Position numbers and translations under genes: made by a program
Source: Trypanosoma brucei
Taxonomy: Eukaryota
Length of the DNA stretch: 64,000 bases
Assembly: GCA_000002445.1 (NCBI GenBank)
Contig: CH464491.1
Location: 3,616,001 to 3,680,000 of the forward strand
Direction: 5' to 3'
Notes under the pieces: generated by a model
The model's input: the letters and a program-made list of their open reading frames with translations, nothing else
Database searches by the model: none
What the model was told of the DNA's origin: nothing
In this document: piece by piece, positions 42,507 through 52,312 of the stretch
Layout: each line of letters starts with the position of its first letter
Position numbering within the stretch: the stretch's first letter is position 1

Positions 42507-43004
42507 ATGGGTTTAGAAATATTTGAGATTGACACCTCCACACCTCACACAGGGGTTGTAATCGATGGGACAACGGCATGCAGGGAAGCAAATAGCGGGT
42601 GGGTAACTCTTCGTGCTAAAACGCCACTTAGCGCGGGCCAGTGCCAGTGGGCAATGAAGGTCATTGACCAGGGTGAGGGTAATGATGGGTCGGGTCTCAT
42701 GATGGGGTTGCTTCCACGCCTAAATTCACAGCAAGAGGTGGCTATGGGGAGTAAATACATATCTGAGCTTGGTGGCTGGTGTTTGTCCCGTGCTGGAGAC
42801 TCTTACGGTTGCTGGAAGTGTGACAAGATGCCCTTTTCAACCGGCTGCGTCGTGGAGTTCGATTGGGATGCTGCAAGCCGTACTCTGTACATTGTAAGTG
42901 GAAAGAGAAAGGCGAGTGGACATATCCCAAATGTGTCCGAAGCAGACGTTGTATACCCGGCCTTTTCCATGTTCTACCTGAATCAGAAGTTGGCATTTGT
43001 CTGA
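42507..43004 (+). CDS. SPRY/B30.2-domain protein
   Basis: GWVTLRAK...QCQWAMKVID...GLMMGLLP...GWCLSRAGDSYGCWKCDKMPFSTGCVVEFDWDAASRTLYI fits the SPRY beta-sandwich consensus (hYWEVe...vGv...gW....g). Confidence 0.6.
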   Translation: MGLEIFEIDTSTPHTGVVIDGTTACREANSGWVTLRAKTPLSAGQCQWAMKVIDQGEGNDGSGLMMGLLPRLNSQQEVAMGSKYISELGGWCLSRAGDSYGCWKCDKMPFSTGCVVEFDWDAASRTLYIVSGKRKASGHIPNVSEADVVYPAFSMFYLNQKLAFV

Positions 43005-43348
43005 TACCTAAGATACCGCCTCGTATTGGGTGGGGAAATTCTCTTCAGCCGACGGAAACGATTCAGTGGGGTCGGAGTCCTGTCGACTTCCACGATGTGT
43101 GTGTGGTTCGAGTGTTGTTTGTGCTGCGTGCCGTCGATATATCAGAGAAGAGGGAATAATGACATGTTCGTGGTTGCATGAGGTATGGTGCCTGAACGTG
43201 TTATTGGATTCCTTGTATCATTCAACATAATGGTTTAGTTTAATTTCCCGCTGCAGCTGATTCTTCTGGACATTTAGTTCGCCCCTCCTTCTCCTTATTA
43301 CATTTCACAAGCACTTTACACCGAGGCACCTGCTGCGTAGGTGATGCC

Positions 43349-44650
43349 ATGGAACTTGATGAAGAGACGAATGCTCTCATGAGGGCTATCAAAGTAGGTG
43401 GGGCGCTTTTGATTGAGGGTCACAGTGGTAATCGGCTGCGGTATTATTATGATTCATTCCACGACTTGGCTGCGCAAGCCGGTGTACCGCGTGCGCATGC
43501 TCCTGAACCGCTGCTAGTTACCTCTATCGAAAGCCTACTGCGTAAGTTGCGAGGAGTGACCTTCTGCCACCATGTATTCTTTATCAACACGGACCTGTGT
43601 TGCAGCCAACTTGTAGGGAGTGTGTTGCTGCGTCGCGGAATGTCCAAAAATTTGCATGTGCTTACGCTTCACGCGCTGCACCACCCTGACCCCAGTACGC
43701 TGCATCTCTTGAAAGCTATGGAGCGTCGGGACGCGGCAGCTATGGCAGAACTTTCGTCTTTTACGGTTGCTACAGGTGACGCGTCGGCGGCGCCACTTAT
43801 AATCCCGCGGCGTTCCCACGATTGCGAGCGCGCCTTACGTGCACTAAATTTTTCACACGCCGCTCTGGCCGCTCGGACGACTGACGTGCACTGTTTCTGT
43901 CCTCAGTGGGTACCGATGCGGCATAGGCGAAAATGGACGGACATGTTTGTGCTTGAGTGTATATTCCCTAGTGATGATATTGCCGACAATATGCTCTCGC
44001 TTCGTAAGGCCTTAGAGGGGGCTGTTGGAAGGGAGGTGGTACTTCTCAGCGCCAGTGAGATCCGCGAAAAGTTGGAGCGAGCGGCCTTTTGCTTTACCTT
44101 TTCTGCATCGGAACGGAGCGTAGTGAATCACCTCATAGCGTCAGCGATCGACGCAGCGAGGAGAAACGGATGGATATTGATAGTGCAGACGGCACTTCCA
44201 GAGTCGTGGGATTTACGTGAGCGCGTGGTTCATCTTTGGCGTGGTGCCCGCGTCATTTCTGCGAATGGACGTATGGGAACGGTGCAGGCGTTTGATGTTG
44301 CGCAGCCGTTGTCACAGCGGTTGCCCTCTTTCTTCAAGCAGACAATGTGGCCTGTTGTCTGCCTTGACGGTGAAGCCTGTGGATCGGTTCTTTTGCCAAT
44401 TGCTTCCCCTTTTTGTACTTCGCAAGTTTCACATGTATTCGATCTGCCGTTGCGTTACGGCGCTTTTGTGACAGTGGAGGAGTTATACGTCACGACCACG
44501 CCGGAAAAAAGGGACTTCCGCCGTTGGATTGTACGTCCCAGTCTTTTTATCGGGCAGTTCCCTCTCCTCCGCTGCGTGATTGCGTCGGTTTCTTCACTGA
44601 GTCAAGTTGTGCTAACCCGTCCATTCTCGTGGGAACTTCTTTTGCGGTAG
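43349..44650 (+). CDS. Hypothetical protein
   Basis: 433 aa ORF aligned in frame and orientation with the array; no recognisable motif. Confidence 0.45.
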   Translation: MELDEETNALMRAIKVGGALLIEGHSGNRLRYYYDSFHDLAAQAGVPRAHAPEPLLVTSIESLLRKLRGVTFCHHVFFINTDLCCSQLVGSVLLRRGMSKNLHVLTLHALHHPDPSTLHLLKAMERRDAAAMAELSSFTVATGDASAAPLIIPRRSHDCERALRALNFSHAALAARTTDVHCFCPQWVPMRHRRKWTDMFVLECIFPSDDIADNMLSLRKALEGAVGREVVLLSASEIREKLERAAFCFTFSASERSVVNHLIASAIDAARRNGWILIVQTALPESWDLRERVVHLWRGARVISANGRMGTVQAFDVAQPLSQRLPSFFKQTMWPVVCLDGEACGSVLLPIASPFCTSQVSHVFDLPLRYGAFVTVEELYVTTTPEKRDFRRWIVRPSLFIGQFPLLRCVIASVSSLSQVVLTRPFSWELLLR

Positions 44651-45153
44651 CCAATGTTCTGTTTACTACCCCTTCCTTATGTCTCATCATCGTTATTGTT
44701 ATTTGTTATCATCTCTCAGGTTGCTTATGTGTTTTCAAACTTCTAATTGTTATTTATTTATTTCTGTGCGTATGATTGACATATATGCTTCTCGTAAAAT
44801 AGTGGAGGTTATTATCTGGGTCTAGTTGCCAAACTATTGGGGGACCTCTGCGCTCTGTGGTGTTTCTCTGTTTATTTTTTTTTTTGACATGATCGTTGTT
44901 GTTACATGCTTTTTTAAATCTCGACGTGCGCTTTGCTCGCGGTGCTTTTTCGTGATTTCGAAGCATTTGGGCGCTGACACTTTCTCTCTTGTGGAGCTTT
45001 GATGCTCTGCACTAATATTTTCCCCCTTGGATTCTCCATTTCTTTTTTTTTTACTTCGCTAACTTAACATCAATATTGCTCTCAAAAAAAAAAAATAAAA
45101 ATAAAATTGAAGTATCACTACCAAACAAGGAGTAGCAGGGTGTATGAAAGATT

Positions 45154-48100
45154 ATGACGAAAGAGGATCACGGTGAGGAAATGGTAACCCACACCCCTCA
45201 AGTGCTGAATGTACGGACTACCGGTGAATCGGTTTCAGCAAACCCATTGAGGGGCGTTGGGTTGAAGGATTGTGGCGTTTTCTCGCCAACTTCCTCTACA
45301 TTTTGTGATACAAGCCGTTTGATGGGAAATACCGGACGTAGCGTAGAAAACAGCACTGTCACATTTGTCACAGGGGCACCGGGGAAAGAGGAGGCGGACA
45401 GGCGGCATTGTCGTGTCGGCACAATTGCTGCGGTAGCACTTCTCATGCTAACTGGGGTATTTACACTTAGTTTTACGAGTTTGCTGTCAGCCCACTATAT
45501 TGGGTCTAGTGTCGTTATTGGTACTACAGGGCTTATCGAGAAGGAAGCTGTTAGGAGTGTTGTTAAAATTATGCGGTCCACTGTTCTTCAGCTCCCGGAC
45601 TTTGCGCATATCGTGAATGCGAAGTATATTCGAAATCAAACTTCTTTATATACTGTGAACAGGTTTCCCAGGGACCCTCGAGCACTGTTGTATTCACTTA
45701 TGAGCCTGCTGTCGACGTTTAAAGACACCATCGCATATTTTAAGTTTGTTCACGAGGGTGGTTCGTATGCGTTTGCTGTTAATTATGATGTAGGGGACGG
45801 TGGAAATAATTCTGTGGTGTTAGGTGCGTACAACAATGACTCGTCTCGTGCGAGTTTTGTCGTGTACGATGCGATACGGTTGAAACGTTTGCATGAAGAT
45901 TCCAATCGGAATTGGGATATTTCTCATGATTTGAGCAGGACGCTCAGTCCTTTTGGAGCAGTTGCGCGTCAATGGCATGAAAGTGGAAGCAATAAGCGGT
46001 GGATTCCAAGTGAGATTGAGCACACCGGTGAGTACTTTAATTATGTGATTCCTTTTCATGTTGGTGGCGCCCTTGGTGCATGCATTGTTGGTCTGTCAAC
46101 TGATCGCTTGCTTCTTGAGTCGCGACCCCTTGTGGAAGCCTTGCGTTCCCACGGACGTGCAATGTTGTTTGATGATTCGAGGGATATTGTTATTTTGAAC
46201 AGTTGGGGGCAGCCGCAGTCATGGGATGAAAACCCCTCTGACGGGGAGCTAGTATTCAAGCACTTGACGTTGGAGGGGATAAATGACAGCATTGTGGTTG
46301 ATTTAGTCCGGGAGATGGAAAAGCATCGTGATCCTACTACTGACCGCCTAAGCGATTCGGTTGAGTTAACGTTTCCTAATAGCGGGAGTCATGTGGATGG
46401 CCGACTGGGCCGAATTACCGACGAAAGCGGTCTGGACGTCACGTTGGCTGTGGTGACTATGCGTTCAGATTTTCTTGAAGGAGTCGTACGCACGCGGAAC
46501 GTGACTATTGTTTCCATCTCGGTGATAATATTGTTGTCCGCCGTTTTTTCCCTCGTAAGCACTTATTACTTGGTGAAGCCTCTGATGCTCCTTGTATCGG
46601 CTTTAAAAAGTGCTTCCAATTTAGAAATCCCCGATAATGCTGACATATTCTTGGGCAGATCCCGGATTGTGGAGGTGAGAAAAATACAGGGGCACTATGC
46701 GAAGCTTCGACGCCAGTTGGCGGTTTTACTAAAGTTCATCCCGGAGGCTATCTTAGCCCGCGTTGAATCTAAGAGTGAAGCTGGAGGGCATATTCGTGCA
46801 AATGGATCAGCAACTGAGACCCCTGGCGAGTCGTCCACGGCATTCGTGAGGATTATGGGGGCAAGCATCAGCGTCACTTGGAATGCTGGTGATCAGCAGC
46901 GCGACGTGGCGCTCAACTGCGGAATCTTCAAGGAAAAGCCAAATGTATTCAACCGCAGGCATTGTACCGTTATAGCTATTCAAGTGTACCACCCAGATGT
47001 TTGGAAAAGTTCTACAAAATACCATGCCGCTTTGATCGAAGTGGCTACCGAGCACTCTGGTTGTGTTGAGGCTCTTGATCCTGATAGAGCCCTCATTAGT
47101 TTCGGTGCACATGCAGCGCTTCCGATGCACTGCAGGAGATGCTGCCAGTTTGCCTTTGATTTATTCGCCAAACTTCCTTTAGATCACCGAGACTCCGTTA
47201 CCATGTTGGTGGATACCAATGAGTTTCTAGTTGGAACTTGTGGCGCGTTCTCGCGAAATGCACGAGTCCTCTTCGGCGCAGATCATCTGTTTCAACTCTC
47301 GCACGCAGTTAGGGATGGTCCCTGCCGTATTGCAGCCACATCTGGTGGAGCCTCACATATGCAAGGTTTTTTAGCTTTCCCCGTGGATTGTGTGCTCCTT
47401 CCCTGCTCCACGCTCCCCATTGTATTGTTTGAGTTGAGACCAGGAGAGAGCTCGAGTGAAGTTTCGCTTAGTATTTCCAAGCAGTTTCGCCTGGGTTTTG
47501 CGGCAATGCGCCAGGGGAGGTATGGAGAGGCGATGGCACATTACCTTCCCATGGTGAAGATGGATATGCAGGCGAAGCGCTTGATGAGGTTATGCCGTCA
47601 GCGCTGTCGGCGTAACGACACGGTCCCATATGTGCGGGTGTTGGACAACCATTACTGTGTTAATTCTAGTGATTGTAAACCTGAGGAACAGGATGAAAGC
47701 GATATCAAAGATAGGGTACCCGAGACAATTGACTCTCCACGACGTCCGGATGGGGAGGGTTCTGAAAGTGATTCATCAGACCAAGGCAGTGAATCGCTGT
47801 TCAAAATGTATGCTCCATCTTCCTCATCCTCGTTGGACGGTTCAGGCTGTGCTGAGGGTGCAAATGCTGCAGACGTCGTACCCCTTTTTCTAACCGATTC
47901 CAATCGGAATGTTTGGACACGTTCACTGAAGAAAATTAGTGAAGGAGCTTTCAGCACAATTTTCCTTGGTGTGGCTGAGGATGGGGCTCAGGTCGCCATC
48001 AAGTGCATTCCGCGGTTGCGACGTGATGTTGTGGCTGAATCTTTGGAGAAGGAGATGGAGGTGGCGTCGAAGCTCCATCATCCTAATATTGTCCGGTATG

Positions 48101-48741
48101 TGTCGTGTAGCATTACACCATCGCACCTCTCGATAATTATGGAATACGTGCCTGGTGGCTCTTTGCATTCTGTTATAAAAAATTTTGGGTGCGTCAGCCC
48201 TTATGTTGCGCGGCGCTTCACCGTCGACATTCTACAGGGACTCAATTATCTCCATAACCTTGGTATTGTTCACTGCGATGTGAAACCGCACAACGTCCTA
48301 CTGGGTACTGACGGTGTTTGCAAGTTGTCAGACTTCGGTTCAACAATATCTGAAGCGTCAGTTATGGCCAGAACCTTAGCTGATGGTGTGATGCTTCGCG
48401 GTACAGCACTATATATGGCTCCGGAAGTGGCAGCTGGTGGGCGTTGCACGCCCCAATCCGATATATTTTCCTTCGGTATTTCGTTGTTGGAGATGTTACT
48501 TGGGCGCCCACCATGGCAGTGGAGCAGCACGGCTCCAGCAGGAAGTGATGCGACTCGCCTCCGCAGCCTCTTTAACCGGGATTTGCTTTTTGTTCAGAGT
48601 CTTGCGCTCGGTCATTTAGAGCCTGTCATACCGGCTTCTGTGGATCATGAAGCGGCTGCTTTCGTCCGCGCCTGTTGCCATATGAATCCAAGCATGAGGC
48701 CTTCCGCATCCAGTTTACTTTCATATGCATTTTTGTTGTGA
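45154..48741 (+). CDS. Receptor-like membrane protein: ectodomain - TM - degenerate nucleotide-cyclase homology domain - C-terminal STE-like Ser/Thr protein kinase
   Basis: Two hydrophobic helices are present: TIAAVALLMLTGVFTLSFTSLL and VTIVSISVIILLSAVFSLVSTYYLV. The central region FVRIMGASISVTW...HCTVIAIQV...VTMLVDTNEFLVGTCGAFSRNARVLFGADHLFQLSHAVRDGPCRIAATSG has the spacing of a class III cyclase homology domain. The kinase domain has a glycine loop (GEGAFSTIFLG), VAIK (VAIKCIP), an HCDVKPHNVLL catalytic loop, DFGST and GTALYMAPEV. Confidence 0.8.
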   Translation: MTKEDHGEEMVTHTPQVLNVRTTGESVSANPLRGVGLKDCGVFSPTSSTFCDTSRLMGNTGRSVENSTVTFVTGAPGKEEADRRHCRVGTIAAVALLMLTGVFTLSFTSLLSAHYIGSSVVIGTTGLIEKEAVRSVVKIMRSTVLQLPDFAHIVNAKYIRNQTSLYTVNRFPRDPRALLYSLMSLLSTFKDTIAYFKFVHEGGSYAFAVNYDVGDGGNNSVVLGAYNNDSSRASFVVYDAIRLKRLHEDSNRNWDISHDLSRTLSPFGAVARQWHESGSNKRWIPSEIEHTGEYFNYVIPFHVGGALGACIVGLSTDRLLLESRPLVEALRSHGRAMLFDDSRDIVILNSWGQPQSWDENPSDGELVFKHLTLEGINDSIVVDLVREMEKHRDPTTDRLSDSVELTFPNSGSHVDGRLGRITDESGLDVTLAVVTMRSDFLEGVVRTRNVTIVSISVIILLSAVFSLVSTYYLVKPLMLLVSALKSASNLEIPDNADIFLGRSRIVEVRKIQGHYAKLRRQLAVLLKFIPEAILARVESKSEAGGHIRANGSATETPGESSTAFVRIMGASISVTWNAGDQQRDVALNCGIFKEKPNVFNRRHCTVIAIQVYHPDVWKSSTKYHAALIEVATEHSGCVEALDPDRALISFGAHAALPMHCRRCCQFAFDLFAKLPLDHRDSVTMLVDTNEFLVGTCGAFSRNARVLFGADHLFQLSHAVRDGPCRIAATSGGASHMQGFLAFPVDCVLLPCSTLPIVLFELRPGESSSEVSLSISKQFRLGFAAMRQGRYGEAMAHYLPMVKMDMQAKRLMRLCRQRCRRNDTVPYVRVLDNHYCVNSSDCKPEEQDESDIKDRVPETIDSPRRPDGEGSESDSSDQGSESLFKMYAPSSSSSLDGSGCAEGANAADVVPLFLTDSNRNVWTRSLKKISEGAFSTIFLGVAEDGAQVAIKCIPRLRRDVVAESLEKEMEVASKLHHPNIVRYVSCSITPSHLSIIMEYVPGGSLHSVIKNFGCVSPYVARRFTVDILQGLNYLHNLGIVHCDVKPHNVLLGTDGVCKLSDFGSTISEASVMARTLADGVMLRGTALYMAPEVAAGGRCTPQSDIFSFGISLLEMLLGRPPWQWSSTAPAGSDATRLRSLFNRDLLFVQSLALGHLEPVIPASVDHEAAAFVRACCHMNPSMRPSASSLLSYAFLL

Positions 48742-49120
48742 TGGTCAACATTAATAGGAGCTTGCAACATTATTCCCATGTGTAGAACCACTATTTTTTT
48801 CCTTTTTTTTTTTGGACGTTACCTTTTCACTTTAGAGAGTTGTTTTTCCCCTTTTTGGGAAACCGTACTGTTATTTATAATGACGTGTTCGGATATTTCA
48901 TTAGGATGTTACGATGTTATTGTGTGTTGGTTTTTCACGTAGTAATTATGATAATCGGTGGTCTGCTGTTCGTCGGCGGCGTTTGTGAAGGTGACTTTCT
49001 TATCCTTATTCCTCTCTTTTTTTTCTTTTTTTAAAAAACCTTTTTTTACATTCCGACGTTCGTTCGTTTGCTTGGTTGAGTTTTTTTTTTTAAATTGTTA
49101 TTCCCCTCCCCTCCTCTCCA

Positions 49121-49150
49121 CACTTGTTGTTGTTGTTGTTGTTGTTCTTT
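49121..49150. repeat. (TTG)n microsatellite
   Basis: The run ttgttgttgttgttgttgttgtt lies downstream of the kinase gene. Confidence 0.85.
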
Positions 49151-51027
49151 TAGCGTCAGTGGTGCTTTGGTCCTTTACTTTATGTGAAGACGTTTTCTTT
49201 TCTTTTTTTTTTTTCGTGCTCATATAAATAAACAAATATTTGCTCTGTTTTACGTATTTCATTCCGTAATTGACTGCAACGATTTTTTCTTTTTTTTTTC
49301 TTTTTTACCCTCTCTCCCTCCTTTTACTTCTAAAGTTCAAATGTAGAGATGGAATGTATGCCGCTACGCCCGCTTTCCCTTTTTCTTTTTTTCTCATTTC
49401 TCTCTGCATGGCAAAACTCTTTTCCCACGTTTGTTTTCGTTTTTTTTTTTTCCTGGCCCCATTTGGATTTATACGAAATTAAATAAATAAATGTAAAAGA
49501 TCATGCATTATAACTTATTTTTCTGAGCACTTTTTATGTGGTGTTTTGTTTTGTTTTGTTTTTTTTTTTCAGTTGAAAATAACAAAAGAGGGAAATAAAG
49601 GGAGCCACCGCGCGCGCGGGTTGCGGTATTTTAGGTATTAGTATTGTGTTGTGCGGAGGGGGAGGGGTGAGAGGGAAATAATAACTTTTATCATATGACT
49701 GTACATAAATGCGTGTTTGTATTTTATGTTTTATATTTAAGTTTTCAAATGTTTTATCGTTGCGCCCACTGGTCCTGTACGTGGGCTCACACGCCATAAC
49801 CCTTCCGTTGTTTGTTGTTTGTTTTTTTTTTTTTACATTTTTAGTTGTTTTGTTTGGACCAAATATGTAAATATATTTGTCCTCTATATTTTTCACGGTT
49901 CCTGTCCGCGCCACCAGTTGCTTTTTGTACGGTTAATCCACATTTGTGTAAAAGCACTGCAATCCCTCTCTTTTTGTTTATTATTATTATTATTTTTTTT
50001 TTTTCAAAGAGGAAAAGCGCGCGTGACGGGTTAAATATCGGAACGTCTATTATATATATTTATATATATTCCCGCTTTTTTTTCTTTTCACAATCTTGTT
50101 GTCTCCTTGCATATTGAATAGGTATTTTCCCTCGTGTATAACTGCACTTATATATGCTTTAGAGGGACAGGTACAGGGACAGAAGGGAAAGAAAAAAAAA
50201 AAAGAGAACGAAAGAAAGAATAACTCATTGCTATTTAAAAAAAAAAAAATGTTTCTTTTAATGTTGTCTTCCGTCTGCCTGCATCTCTTTTTCTTTTTCT
50301 TTCTTCTCTTTGTTGGTTTAACCTGTCATACACTTCTTCTCAACCTTTTCCTCTTTTTTGCGTTGTGTGTTGTGACACGACATTTTTTCTTTTTTTTTTT
50401 GTGTATCATTAACATAACATTTGGCCAACAGTAACAAGAAAAAAAAAAGAAAACACAAGCAAAAACAAAACAAAACAGAGCAAAGCAAAAAAAAAAAACA
50501 AATAATAGAAGATTTGTTTTTTTTTCTTTGTTGCATTCATTAGGGCGTATTTTATTCGTTGAGTGACGGTTAGGCCTTTCCTTTCGGCTTTTCATCTCAC
50601 AAATCCCACATTTGTACCAAATATTTGCTGGTAGAGAACTGCGATTGGAGGTTCCGATCTTTTTTTTTTGTCTTTTTTTTTTTTTTTTAAAGAAAAATCA
50701 AAAAAGGGTGCATCTCAGACCATTCCTTTGTAGCAAACATTTGGTTTAAACAAGTGCAGGACTGTGATATAAGGAAAGGAAAATAGTTAAGTGAGCAAGA
50801 GGGAGAAATACAGAAGGGAGCGGAATATCGTCATAAACAGTTGACACGAGAGAAAGAGAGAGAAAAAAAAAGAGAGAGTTTGTGTGTGAGTTTGTGTGTG
50901 AGTGTGTGTAGTTAATATCATTATCAGCGGGTAGTGTCAGCATCTAACAACAATAAGAGGAAGAAAGCTCGTGTCGTGTGTTGGAGGGGAGAAGGTGTGT
51001 GGTATCGCGGATACACAAGCAAGAAAG

Positions 51028-51058
51028 AAAAATAAATAAATAAATAAATAAATAAATA
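51028..51058. repeat. (AAAT)n microsatellite
   Basis: The run aaataaataaataaataaataaataaataa lies upstream of the PHO80-like cyclin gene. Confidence 0.9.
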
Positions 51059-51211
51059 AGGAAAGAAAGCTGGAGGTGGAGGTGGGGAAAAGCGATAGAA
51101 AAGGAAAACAAGAAAAAAAAACAAAAGGAAATAATAATTCAAAAGGGAAAGTACAACGCGTGTGAGGAGAGGGACAAGTGTGTCTGTTTGTCTGTTTGTG
51201 TGTAGGAAAGT

Positions 51212-51892
51212 GTGTCCGAGACACAGCATAATAACGTACATTGGTGTAGTTTGCGTATGACCATTATGATGGACGGCCCAAAATCTTCTACGCGAGCTAC
51301 TGAAACAATTAATCAAAGCGATGGGCAGCATCGACAGCAGTGGTGCGACCGTCAGCAGACGGGGCGTAATTGCAATAGTGCAGGCAGCGATTCCCAATCA
51401 GCGGATCCACAACAATCGGGATTACATGAGTTAGGGCAATTGACAGCAGTGGCAGTAGAGCGTCGGTGCGTGGAACAGCGGCATTTAGAGCACCTTTACC
51501 AATCCGCTTTTCACAGCAGTCATGTTCCTGCAATATCTGTGTGGAATTACATGCGTCGCATAGGCAAATACTCACGGTGCTCACCAGAATGCTTCATCAT
51601 CTGTATCATATTCATTGATCGGTACGTTGCAGCAACGAATTGTCCAATAACTTTTCGGAACATTCACCGGCTTTTGATAACTTCAATGTTGGTGAGTGTA
51701 AAGTTGCGGGATGACTCATTTTATAGCAATTCTTACTTTGCAGGTATTGGTGGCGTTAGTAATGAGGAACTTAATAGATTAGAGATTGAGTTTCTCATGA
51801 CAATTGATTGGCGCACATGGGTGGAACCAAGTGATTTTAACATGTACTGTGAGCAACTGAGATCTCGTTGCTCGGCGAATCAGGAGCAGTAA
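51212..51892 (+). CDS. PHO80-like cyclin
   Basis: ISVWNYMRRIGKYSRCSPECFIICIIFIDRY...NIHRLLITSMLVSVKLRDDSFYSNSYFAGIGGVSNEELNRLEIEFLMTIDWRTWV aligns to the PHO80/PCL cyclin box (ISIQSYLERI.KY..CS..CFVVAYVYLDR...NVHRLLIT...AAKF.DD.YY.N.YYAKVGGIS..E.N.LE..FL). The gene sits inside an otherwise low-complexity 7-kb region. Confidence 0.7.
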   Translation: MSETQHNNVHWCSLRMTIMMDGPKSSTRATETINQSDGQHRQQWCDRQQTGRNCNSAGSDSQSADPQQSGLHELGQLTAVAVERRCVEQRHLEHLYQSAFHSSHVPAISVWNYMRRIGKYSRCSPECFIICIIFIDRYVAATNCPITFRNIHRLLITSMLVSVKLRDDSFYSNSYFAGIGGVSNEELNRLEIEFLMTIDWRTWVEPSDFNMYCEQLRSRCSANQEQ

Positions 51893-52288
51893 AATGCTGG
51901 AGCGGAGAAGCGTTGAGTAAAACAGGAGAAATGGAAGAAGAAGGGAAAATTGTATGAAAGAAAAGAAAAAAAAAAGAGAATTAATTAAGATAGTATAAAA
52001 AATGAAAAAAAATAAGACAAAGCTATCAAGAGTGCTAACAAATAAAAGGAATGATCGACCCTTGACGTTTCTGAAGGGCATGCGTGTGTGTGTGTGTGTG
52101 TTCACATATTTGTTTATATTTATTTTTGCTTGTGTATTTATTTATTTATGAAGATGCAAGTGAAAGAAAATGTGTGTGGTTGCTTGGATGGTTGACCGTT
52201 TTTTTTTGTATTTGTTGCCTTGGTGAAGCAATCAAGGCTGAAAACAAAAACAAATAAATAAAATAAACGAAATTCAAAGAAGAATTGG

Positions 52289-52312
52289 TATATATATATA
52301 TATATATATGTA
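52289..52312. repeat. (TA)n microsatellite, with a (GT)n run nearby at 52084..52102
   Basis: The sequence reads tatatatatatatatatatatg, and gtgtgtgtgtgtgtgtgt occurs at 52084. Confidence 0.85.
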
